A stretch of 60,697 nt of DNA, the filler included. It is 6 parts of 6 records of this genome, joined end to end, with 100 filler letters (N's around TTAATTAATTAA, not from the genome) between each part and the next. Parts side by side here need not be neighbours in the genome. Positions count along the whole stretch, not along the records: positions 7,361 to 22,574 come from SRR31156797_25837; positions 22,675 to 28,239 come from SRR31156797_25838; positions 28,340 to 44,950 come from SRR31156797_25840; 3 more parts are not named here. One strand, given 5' to 3'. Made by a program: the position numbers and the translations under genes. Below the pieces are notes generated by a model that saw only the letters and a program-made list of their open reading frames with translations, was not told where the DNA came from and searched no databases. Below are positions 19,318 to 28,645 of this stretch, piece after piece. Positions within the stretch are counted from its first letter, which is position 1; every line of letters starts with the position of its first letter.

Positions 19318-20640
19318 TTATTTTGCATAAATCATATCTGGTAACCACAAAGCTATCTGTGGGAATACAATTATCAGTACAAGTGCAAACACCATGACCA
19401 GTACAAATGGAATAATGGAGCGATAGATATCAGTGAGCGATATCTCATCCGGAGCCATGGCTCTCATTAGAAAAAGATTGTAGCCGAAAGGTGGTGTCAT
19501 ATAGGCAATCTGACAGGTTATTGTATACAGGATGCCGTACCAGATAGGGTTGAAACCAAGTGATATGACAAGTGGTACATACAAAGGGGCTACGATGACC
19601 AACATCGCAGTGTCGTCAAGAAACATACCCATGAGGATATAGGAAAGTTGCATCATTACAAGAACTTGCCATGGGCTGAGTTCCCACTTGGTGATAAACA
19701 GCGCCTCGATTGCTTTTACGGCACCAAGTCCGTCAAAAACAGCCCCAAAACATAAGGCCGCAAGGATAATCCACATAAACATGCAGGAAATCCCAAGGGT
19801 TTTTCGAATAGCCTCTTCCATAATCTCCTTGGTAAGAGATCGTTTGGCCATTGCGGCTATGGTTGCAGCAGTTGCGCCGACAGCTGAACTTTCAACCAAG
19901 CTTGTCACTCCCATTATAAAAAGCCCAGTCATGAAGAAGAAAATAAGAAACGGTACAATTCCAGCTTTGAGCAGCTTGAGCTTTTCTGACAATGGCATGT
20001 CAAGTTCTTCCTTGCTCACTGTCGGTGCAAGGTGCGGCTGGAATTTACACCTGACCACTATATAAAGAATAAAGAGACTGGCCATCAGTAGCCCGGGGAA
20101 CACACCGGCAAGCCATAGTCTTCCCACAGGCTGACGTGCAATCATGCCGTATAGAACGAGGACAACACTCGGGGGAACCAGGATTCCCAGTGAGCTGCCA
20201 GCTTGGACAACCCCTGTAATCATGACTTTGTCGTAGTTTCTTCGCAGCATTTCGGGCAGTGCGATGGTTGCACCAATGGCCATTCCTGCCACACTCAATC
20301 CGTTCATGGCAGAGATAACAACCATCAGGCCGATGGTGCCAATTGCAAGACCACCTCGCAAACGGCCAAACCAGACATGGAACATTTTATATAAATCATC
20401 AGCGATTCCAGATTCTGACAAGATGTATCCCATATATATAAACAGCGGGAGCGTCAGCATTGGATACCAATTGAAGAGCTTAAATGCGGCATTAAACGGC
20501 ATCTCAATCGCCCCGTTTCCGTAAAGAAAGAGAGCAGCAGCTGCTGAAACAGCTCCAATTGCAGCAAAGATTCGTTGTCCGGAGAGCAGCATTGCAAGCA
20601 TGCCCCCGGACATTGTGAGTGCTATTGCTTCGTACGTCAT
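19318..20640 (-). CDS. TRAP large permease (DctM)
   Basis: LPLFIYMG, LGILVPPS, GMFLD, MTPPFGYNLF; highly hydrophobic, 440 aa. Confidence 0.94.
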   Translation of the reverse strand: MTYEAIALTMSGGMLAMLLSGQRIFAAIGAVSAAAALFLYGNGAIEMPFNAAFKLFNWYPMLTLPLFIYMGYILSESGIADDLYKMFHVWFGRLRGGLAIGTIGLMVVISAMNGLSVAGMAIGATIALPEMLRRNYDKVMITGVVQAGSSLGILVPPSVVLVLYGMIARQPVGRLWLAGVFPGLLMASLFILYIVVRCKFQPHLAPTVSKEELDMPLSEKLKLLKAGIVPFLIFFFMTGLFIMGVTSLVESSAVGATAATIAAMAKRSLTKEIMEEAIRKTLGISCMFMWIILAALCFGAVFDGLGAVKAIEALFITKWELSPWQVLVMMQLSYILMGMFLDDTAMLVIVAPLYVPLVISLGFNPIWYGILYTITCQIAYMTPPFGYNLFLMRAMAPDEISLTDIYRSIIPFVLVMVFALVLIIVFPQIALWLPDMIYAK

Positions 20641-21251
20641 GATATTTTCGCCCCTTTTATTTTTGCGAGGTCTTTAAAAAATATGGAAATAGACTGGAGT
20701 AGCATAAGGATAATGCCGAAAACCATAATCAATTTGATGGGAATCATAGACGGGTTCCACTGAGAAAATTTTCTTTCCCCATACTCAATGGCGTACATGG
20801 TGCTTGATATTGATCCGATAAGGAGTGTTACCAGGTAGAAGACAAGAAATATTGAGGTCGCAATGTCAATCTTGGCCTTATTCGTTTCAGAGCAGTGATC
20901 ATAGATCAAGTCCATTCGGACATGGTCTCCAAGCTGCAGGGAATATGCGCCGCCAACAATATAGTATCCAGTGATAATGAACTGAGCCATTTCAACTGTC
21001 CATGAGAGTGGCCAGTTAAGAATGTTCCTAGTTATGGCTCCCAATAAAAGAACCGCGATCATGACGAAAATGGAGTACATCGTCACCCTGCCAAGTTGCG
21101 TTGAAACATAATCAATGCCATTGACGTACATGACAATAGGCTTGGGCATATATTTAGCCTCTTTATCCCTCAGTTTTTTGTGGGCAGAAGTGGCTTCAAG
21201 AACCTCTTCAAAATCGTTTTCAAGTACGGTTACTCCACCTTGTTGTTCCAT
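20637..21251 (-). CDS. TRAP small permease (DctQ)
   Basis: WTVEMAQF, HVRMDLIY, four TM segments; ATG 21251 preceded by GAGGG. Confidence 0.9.
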   Translation of the reverse strand: MEQQGGVTVLENDFEEVLEATSAHKKLRDKEAKYMPKPIVMYVNGIDYVSTQLGRVTMYSIFVMIAVLLLGAITRNILNWPLSWTVEMAQFIITGYYIVGGAYSLQLGDHVRMDLIYDHCSETNKAKIDIATSIFLVFYLVTLLIGSISSTMYAIEYGERKFSQWNPSMIPIKLIMVFGIILMLLQSISIFFKDLAKIKGAKIS

Positions 21252-21360
21252 GAATTCCCTCAATGTCTCTTCTCACATTTATGTAATAAAAAGATAAAAA
21301 AATAAGTGGCAGTGAGCGGCTGTCTCTTTTTGACTAACTTTTAACATATTTGTTCCACAT

Positions 21361-21377
21361 GATGACCGAACAGTCAA
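21361..21377. promoter_or_regulatory. Candidate DeoR-family operator upstream of dctQ
   Basis: GATGACCGAACAGTCAA contains palindrome TGAC-N6-GTCA; 14/17 identical to the site at 22464. Confidence 0.6.
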
Positions 21378-21609
21378 TCAAAAAATAGATATAGTGGTTT
21401 TGTTGTTGAACGGTCGGGCAGGCAAAACGTGTCAGAAATATTGGAGAATCAGGGAGGAGGGGCAGTGGGGAAGTGGTGAAAAAATGCTGGCGGGTAGTTT
21501 AAGAAGCTATAGTTAGCTGCAGCACGCTGGGTTGTGTTGTCTGGCTATATCAGGCGGGTATGGCGGATTGGCGTTTTTATTGCCAAGTGTGATGAAGAGA
21601 TAAGGAGTG

Positions 21610-22371
21610 CTACGCTGTTACAGTGGTGACGTTTGCTTGGTCGAGGAAATACTTGATATGTTCTGGGGGCAGTTTTTCGGATATGAGGCAGTTGACCTGC
21701 TCAAGCCCGCAAACTTTAAAGGATGCTATTCGGTCAAATTTTGAGCTGTCAGCAATAACTGTGAGAGAGCCTGCTTGAGCAATCATAGCTTGAGCTATTT
21801 GTGCTTCTTCGATCGAGTAGTCCATGATGCCGGTCTGCCCATCGATTGCTCCGATGGTCAATATTGCGTGATGAGCCCTGAAGAGCTGTATTTGGGAAAC
21901 TACAAGATTGCCAACTGTTTGTCGGTTGCAGCTGCTGTATTGCCCACCGAGAAGGTATACAGTTGAGTTGTTGTTGAAAGAACTGATTATTCGTGCAATT
22001 TCAGAGGAGTTGGTGATAACGGTAAGGTTGGGGATTTCGGCTAATTTTTCAGCAAAAAATACAGAGGTCGATCCTGTATCTATTAGTATCGTCTCACCTG
22101 GTGAGATGATCTGTGGCGCGGTTGCGGCAATTTTAGTTTTTGAGCCAACGTTTTCTCCCATGCGTTCGCTGAAAGGGCCCTCCTCGAACGTTGAGCCAAT
22201 GGATGCTCCACCGTGAAACTTTTGCACCTTGCCTGATTTTGCTAGTGCTGTAAGGTCCCGCCGGATGGTTTCCCGCGAAATATTGAGAAGTTCCGCTAGT
22301 TCGTTGACGGTCGCTCTTTTCTGTTGGCGAATGATGTCGGCTATTTTTGCCTGTCGTGTTGCAGGGATCAT
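21610..22371 (-). CDS. DeoR/GlpR-family transcriptional regulator
   Basis: ISRETIRRDL HTH, KFHGGA, IDTGST, VITNS, ADSSKF. Confidence 0.94.
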   Translation of the reverse strand: MIPATRQAKIADIIRQQKRATVNELAELLNISRETIRRDLTALAKSGKVQKFHGGASIGSTFEEGPFSERMGENVGSKTKIAATAPQIISPGETILIDTGSTSVFFAEKLAEIPNLTVITNSSEIARIISSFNNNSTVYLLGGQYSSCNRQTVGNLVVSQIQLFRAHHAILTIGAIDGQTGIMDYSIEEAQIAQAMIAQAGSLTVIADSSKFDRIASFKVCGLEQVNCLISEKLPPEHIKYFLDQANVTTVTA

Positions 22372-22463
22372 GGGAAGTTTTATGTGCGTTTAACTCTTAA
22401 TGCACTTGTGCTCCTCTGTAGTTATTCTTTAAATGACTTTATAGGTTCCTAACAGTAGATAAA

Positions 22464-22480
22464 GATGACTGATAAGTCAA
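22464..22480. promoter_or_regulatory. Candidate DeoR auto-operator overlapping its promoter
   Basis: GATGACTGATAAGTCAA; minus strand reads TTGACT-N17-TACTGT. Confidence 0.6.
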
Positions 22481-22574
22481 ATATATCTTTGTGACGTATG
22501 AGCTTGTGAGTGGGTAACTGTATGTAAAGCTACCTTATCCAGTTGGCAGATCGTGAGACCGCTTCTTTAAATTT

Positions 22575-22674
22575 NNNNNNNNNNNNNNNNNNNNNNNNNN
22601 NNNNNNNNNNNNNNNNNNTTAATTAATTAANNNNNNNNNNNNNNNNNNNNNNNNNNNNNNNNNNNNNNNNNNNN
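22575..22674. other. Artificial contig spacer
   Basis: Ns around TTAATTAATTAA. Confidence 0.98.
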
Positions 22675-23448
22675 TTGTCTAAATTTATTTAAACAGTTTT
22701 TACCGATATAAAGTTTTTGTAACCAAGTAAACGAAAGTCCAGAGATTTTACAACATCTAAAGAACTGGTCAATAAATCTTTCTATTCCACCAAAAGATGG
22801 GATATTTCCAGTTTCAATTGCTAAGGCAATATATGATAATTTCTCTGCTTCTTTTACCATTGCTTTTACATCGATATCTTCTGATGCTTCATAGATACAA
22901 TGTGTGTTTACTAAAGAAACAGCTCTTGGTACATTTGTTTCTTGTAAAATATAAGACATTAAAAAATGCCAAATATCAACTAACTCTACATGAATATTAT
23001 TCATATCTGGTTCAGAGTTGATATTTTTCCAGTGTTTCCATGGAGTTGAATCAATTAATTCAGCAACTTCCATATGAATACATCTAAGCCAATTAATCTC
23101 TTTTCCAAACTTATTTCTTCCTAATTCCCAGTTTTTACCATTTGTAGAGTCATTTAACTCTTTTTGTAATAAAAACATCTCTTCTAACTTATAAGGGAAT
23201 GATGATGCTTCCTCTAATAATTCTGCTAGAGGTAAACACTCTTCTACTAAACTATCTAATGATTTATTATTTGGTAAGTCTCTATCACCTTTTAATAAGT
23301 GAATAATTAATGATACTGTGTAAGGAACTTCATCTTTTTCTTCCCACTCTAAAATATCTGAAGGTGTAACCCCAATATATTGAACAAAATCTTCAATAGA
23401 AAGGAAACCAAGAGACTTAATACTATCTTTCAAATCTTTGTATAACAA
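22675..23448 (-). CDS. Dimeric (all-alpha) dUTPase with N-terminal HTH-like extension, 3'-truncated
   Basis: LQKELND, EVAELIDSTPWKHWK, VELVDIWHF, YIGKNCLNKFRQ are Campylobacter/trypanosome-type dUTPase motifs; about 85 extra N-terminal residues; TTG start after AGGAG. Confidence 0.9.
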
Positions 23449-23511
23449 TTATAACTCCTAAACTAAATAAACTTAGATTATACTCTAAAATAACTTACAA
23501 AAAATCTTATA

Positions 23512-23688
23512 TTATTTTTGAGGATTTTTCAACTGAAAAAACGAACAAGGTAAGCCACTACTATTCTTTACTACTACAGAAGGAATAATTTTAGACTTAA
23601 AGCCGTAAGCTTTGCAACCATGGGGTTTACTTTGCTGCCATGTAACAAAATAGTGAATACATTTTTGACATACTATTCTATCAGTCAT
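23512..23688 (-). CDS. 58-aa four-cysteine protein, absent from the ORF track
   Basis: MTDRIVCQKCIHYFVTWQQSKPHGCKAYGFKSKIIPSVVVKNSSGLPCSFFQLKNPQK*; ATG 1 nt after the recR stop; resembles a small conserved family I recall being labelled 'uracil-DNA glycosylase'. Confidence 0.82.
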   Translation of the reverse strand: MTDRIVCQKCIHYFVTWQQSKPHGCKAYGFKSKIIPSVVVKNSSGLPCSFFQLKNPQK

Positions 23689-23689
23689 T

Positions 23690-24262
23690 TTAAATATCTA
23701 CCCTACTTTGTATTGCTTTGGCTAAAGACAACATGTCAACATTTTCTAAGCTAACACCTGTTGGTACACCTTGTGCAATCTTAGAGAATGTAATATTAAA
23801 ATCTTTTAGTTTATCTTCAATATATAACATAAATGCATCATTTGATAAAGATGGTGTTATTGCAAAAAGAGCTTCTCTTATTACGTTATCTTTTACAAAA
23901 TTAAGTAATCTATCTAAACTTTCACTCTCTAACTCTTCAATAACAAAATATAAGCCATCAAATTGTTTTGAATCTTCAATTAAAAAGATATCTTTAGCAC
24001 TTTGTACAATACAAACCTTCGATGAGTCTCTTCTATCATCTAAACAAATCTCACAAATCTCATGTTCACTCATTGAGCCACATTTTACGCATCTTTTAAT
24101 ACTTTTTAATGCACTTTCTATGCTGTGAGCTATTTTAATACCACTGTAGTGATCATTCATTGTGACATGATAAGCTAGTCTTAATGCAGATTTTTTACCA
24201 ATAGTTGGTAAAGACTCAAAGGCTTCAACTAAATTATAAAACTTTTCTAAACCTTTTTTCAT
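23690..24262 (-). CDS. recR: Recombination mediator RecR
   Basis: LPTIGKKSALRLAYH HhH, CVKC...CEIC zinc finger, KIAQGVPTG Toprim end. Confidence 0.96.
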   Translation of the reverse strand: MKKGLEKFYNLVEAFESLPTIGKKSALRLAYHVTMNDHYSGIKIAHSIESALKSIKRCVKCGSMSEHEICEICLDDRRDSSKVCIVQSAKDIFLIEDSKQFDGLYFVIEELESESLDRLLNFVKDNVIREALFAITPSLSNDAFMLYIEDKLKDFNITFSKIAQGVPTGVSLENVDMLSLAKAIQSRVDI

Positions 24263-24333
24263 GTATTTATTATATCAAAGATTAATGGTATTTTAGATAA
24301 AATCGCGAAAAATATATATTTAGGAGTTAGCAA

Positions 24334-25461
24334 TTGACTGAAGTGGATTACTATGAATTATTAGAAGTTGCTAGAGATAGTGATAAAGGAACTATTAAAA
24401 AAGCCTATAGAAAAATGGCAATGAAGTATCATCCAGATAAAAACCCTGATGATACAGAAGCAGAAGAGAGATTTAAAGCTGTAAATGAAGCCTATCAGGT
24501 ACTAAGTGATGAAGAAAAAAGATCTATTTATGATAGATATGGAAAAGCTGGACTTGAAGGTCATGGACAAGGTGGAGGTTTCTCTGGTGGTTTTGATGAT
24601 TTAAGTTCAATTTTTGAAGAGATGTTTGGAGGTTCTGGATTCGGAGGCTTCGGCGGTGGTTCAAGAAGACAGAGAAAAACATATAACTATAACTTAGATA
24701 TTGCAATTGAAGTAACAATTGAGTTTAATGAAGCAATCTTTGGATGCAAAAAAGATGTTGAGTTTAAATACAAAGATGCTTGTGGTGACTGTAAAGGAAC
24801 TGGTGCAAAAAATGGTAAACTAAACACTTGTCCTCACTGTGATGGGCAAGGACAAGTTCATATGAGACAAGGTTTTATGACATTTGCTCAAACTTGTCCT
24901 CATTGTAATGGAACAGGTCAAGCAGTTACAAGTAAGTGTAATACATGTAATGGAACTGGTTATGATGAGAAAAAAGAGACTTTTGAAGTAAATATTCCTG
25001 AAGGTGTAAATGATGGAAATAGAATCAGAGTTTCAAATAAAGGAAATATAGCACCAGATGGGACAAGAGGTGACTTATATTTACAAATTAAAGTAAATGA
25101 AGATTCACATTATGTAAGACATGATGATGATATCTATTTAGAAGTTCCAATTTTCTTTACTCAAGTAGCTTTAGGTGCAACAATTAAAATTCCAGGTCTT
25201 AGAGGAGAACTAGAATTAAAAGTTCCAGCAGGAACTAGAGATAAAGAACAATTCAAATTTAAAAATGAAGGTGTTAAATCAGTTCAAGGTTATGGACAAG
25301 GGGATTTAATTGTACAAATTAAAATCAACTATCCTGAGTCTTTAAATAGTGAACAAGAAGAGCTTTTAGAGAAACTTCAAGAGAGTTTCGGGGTTGAAAG
25401 TAAACCTCATGAATCAAACTTTGAAGGTATGTTTGAAAAAGTTAAAAAGTGGTTTTCTTAA
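24334..25461 (+). CDS. dnaJ: Chaperone DnaJ
   Basis: J domain with HPD, G/F region, four CxxCxGxG repeats. Confidence 0.97.
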   Translation: MTEVDYYELLEVARDSDKGTIKKAYRKMAMKYHPDKNPDDTEAEERFKAVNEAYQVLSDEEKRSIYDRYGKAGLEGHGQGGGFSGGFDDLSSIFEEMFGGSGFGGFGGGSRRQRKTYNYNLDIAIEVTIEFNEAIFGCKKDVEFKYKDACGDCKGTGAKNGKLNTCPHCDGQGQVHMRQGFMTFAQTCPHCNGTGQAVTSKCNTCNGTGYDEKKETFEVNIPEGVNDGNRIRVSNKGNIAPDGTRGDLYLQIKVNEDSHYVRHDDDIYLEVPIFFTQVALGATIKIPGLRGELELKVPAGTRDKEQFKFKNEGVKSVQGYGQGDLIVQIKINYPESLNSEQEELLEKLQESFGVESKPHESNFEGMFEKVKKWFS

Positions 25462-25497
25462 AATCTTATTTGGTATAATTACCAAATAAGGTTTAAA

Positions 25498-28239
25498 ATG
25501 AAACACATTATAAAATTATTTTTTATATTTATTTTTATCACTACTTCTTTATATAGTAGTGATAAAATAACTCTAACAAAAAAAGAAAAAGAGTTTATAA
25601 AAAAACACCCTCTTATTAAAGTTGGTGTAGAGACAAATTGGCCTCCTTTTGAGTTTGTTGAAGAAGGCCAATATAAAGGTCTTACAAAAGGCTATTTAGA
25701 TATTATTAGTCAACAAACAGGCATAAAATTCCAATATATTATTGATGATAGCTGGTCTAATCTTCTTCAAAAAACACAAGCTAAAAAAATAGATTTACTC
25801 CCTATTCTAACAAAAACAAAACAGACAGAAAAGTCTTTACTATTTACGCAAAAATATATTAGTATAAGAGAGTATCTATTTTCTAAAGAAATACAATACA
25901 ACAACCTAAATGATTTGATAAACAAAACGATTGCAATTCCAAAGGATTATGCATACGAAACATATATAAAAGATAGATATCCAAATATTACTGTGCTTTC
26001 TGTAAATAATATGCTTGAAGCTATTGATGCAGTTGTTACAAATAAAGCAGAAGCTCTTATTGCTAATCCTGCAATTATAAGTTATCTAACAAAAAAACAT
26101 AATATAACTGATATTCTTGCAAACTTTCCTCTAAAGTATAATAAGAATGAAATGTTTATGGCAACAAGAAATGACTTTGGAATTTTAATTGATATCTTAA
26201 ATAAAGTACTTAATAATATAAGTATTGAAGAGAAGCAAAGGCTTCATCATAAATGGGTATTTTCAAACAAAACTCCAACTACTTCCAATATCATTTTTAC
26301 AAATGAAGAAAAAGAGTTTTTAGCTGAAAAGAAAAAGGTTTATATTTCAAACGAATATGACTTTAGACCCTATGATTATAATGAAGATGGCGTTCCTAAA
26401 GGTTATATCGTTGATTATTTAAAACTTTTATCAAAAAAATTAAACCTTGAACCTGTATTTATTACAGATAAATGGTTTGAGTTAGAAAATAAAATTAAAA
26501 ACAAAGAGATAGATGTACTTCCTATGATTTCAGTAAATGAAAAAAGAAAAACATATCTACACTATACAAATAAAATTTTATCTCAAGAGTTAACTATTGT
26601 TACAAAAGCTTCTAAAACAGAAATTATAAATATAGATGATTTAGAAAATAGAAAAATTGGAATGATTCGAAGCTGGAATATTACAAATAAAATTAAAAGT
26701 AACTATCCAAATATCAAAGTTATTGAGTTTGATACCATTGAAGATATTTTAGAAGCAATCAAATTAAACTTTATAGAAGCAACAGTATTAAATGAATTAT
26801 CTGCTAAGTATTATATCAATCAAAATAGATATGAAAACCATTTAAAAACAGTAGGTGGTGTGACAATTGATGGCTTTTATAAAGACTTATATATGGGAGT
26901 AAGAAAAGACCTACCCTTACTTAAAACTCTTTATAATAAAGCCCTAGAAAATGTAACAGCAGAAGAAGAAAAAGCATTAAAAGAGAAATGGCACAATAGT
27001 TCTAAAGCTCTAACCTTAACGGATAAAGAAAAAGAGTTCATACAAAACAATGTAATAAATATCTCTTTTACATCAAATTGGAGACCCTTTAGTTTTGTTA
27101 AGGACAATCAACCACAAGGGCTTGCTTACGACTACTGGAATCTTATTAGCAATAAAGTAAATCTAAAAACAAACTATATTTATGAAGACAATTTTACAAC
27201 TGCTCTAAAAGAGATAAAAAATAAAAATAGAGATATCATACTTTTAACTTCAAATACAAAAGAAAGAGAAGAGTACTCAATATTTAGTGATACTATCTTT
27301 AAAACACCTATTGGTATAGCAACAATAAAAGATGAAAACTATATTCCAGATGGTTCATACTTAGAAGGGAAAAAAGTCGCAGTAGGAAAATCTTATACAG
27401 CTCAAAAACTTTTATCAAAAGTTTATCCTAAAATAGAGTTTGTTGAAACTAAAAATTTAAAAGAAGCCTTTGATTTATTGTCTGAAAACAAGGTATTTGC
27501 AGTAGTTGATAGTATGCCTGCTTTATCAGACCAAATTAAAGAGTTTGGATATACAAATATTAAAATTTCTGGAAGCACAAAAGTTATTTTTAATATGAAA
27601 ATGTTGATTAGAGATGACTATGAGATTTTAAAGTCTATTGTTAACAAAGTACTTTTAACTATCTCAGAAGAAGAGAAAGAGAAAATAAAAAACAAATGGA
27701 TTGACTTAGAGTATAAAGAGAATTTTAACTATTCATTAATCTGGAAAATAGTTTTAGGTTTTACTTTAGTACTTCTGTTTGTAATGTATAAAAACAGACA
27801 ATTAGTAAGATTTCAAAAAGAGTTGAAAAAAACTAAAGACAATCTAGAAAACTCTTTAGAGAACTTTAGATTACTTCTAGATGTAAACATTGCTGGGATT
27901 TTAATTGTTAGAGACAATAAAATCAAGTATTTAAATGATGAACTATTAAATATCCTAGAACTTGACTCTAAAGAGCTTCTTTTTGAAAAAAGTTTTGAAA
28001 CTCTATTCCCTAATCAAAATATAGAAAGCTTAATAAATGAAAATAAAGAAAATGATTCCTTTGAAATTGAATTAAATTATGACAATAAACTTACTATTCC
28101 TATATTAGTAAAGCTAAAAGATATTATTTATGACAATAGAAAATCATATATTATTTCAATAATTGATTTAACAGATATAAAAAGCAAAGAAGAGCTTCTT
28201 TTACAACAATCAAAAATGGCAAGTTTAGGAGAGATGATA
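25498..28239 (+). CDS. BvgS-like sensor kinase: three periplasmic SBP domains, TM, PAS, start of HisKA; 3'-truncated
   Basis: Three L/FTxxEKEF...(W/F)xP(F/Y) repeats; ends QQSKMASLGEMI just before the H-box. Confidence 0.88.
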
Positions 28240-28339
28240 NNNNNNNNNNNNNNNNNNNNNNNNNNNNNNNNNNNNNNNNNNNNTTAATTAATTAANNNNN
28301 NNNNNNNNNNNNNNNNNNNNNNNNNNNNNNNNNNNNNNN
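28240..28339. other. Artificial contig spacer
   Basis: Ns around TTAATTAATTAA. Confidence 0.98.
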
Positions 28340-28500
28340 ACCCTTTGAAAAGGGTTCTCTGGACTCTCCCAAACGTTATATCGCTCGCTCTGCTCGTGAC
28401 TATCCACTATCCCACTATAAAAAAACTTATTTCTCTTTTCTTCTTTCCTGTTTCCTCAAAAGTCAGCAGCGAAGTGCCTCGACCCTCTCCACACCGTGAG

Positions 28501-28578
28501 GCTTTCGAGAGTGGTGCAGGGAGGACAGACTCAACATTCCCAACGACGGAGATGCGCCGCTATCGAAAGCTGAGTCTG
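28501..28578 (+). repeat. Structured intergenic element (18-bp stem with possible pseudoknot)
   Basis: 28501-28518 pairs with 28553-28570 (two G-U, one mismatch on + strand); loop CAGACTCA (28526-28533) is complementary to TGAGTCTG (28571-28578). Confidence 0.55.
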
Positions 28579-28639
28579 GCACCCATCACAAAAAAAAGAC
28601 CCGCTCACGAAGAGCGGGTCTATTTTTTGTGATGGGTGC
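28579..28639. terminator. 28-bp inverted repeat containing a bidirectional terminator after qrcD
   Basis: GCACCCATCAC-A8-GACCCGCTC / GAGCGGGTC-TATTTTTT-GTGATGGGTGC, one mismatch, 5-nt loop. Confidence 0.8.
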
Positions 28640-28645
28640 TACGCC

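Noticed and set aside
28345-28632. 95-aa ORF in the track
   Set aside because: No RBS, crosses palindromes and a terminator, no protein-like motifs.
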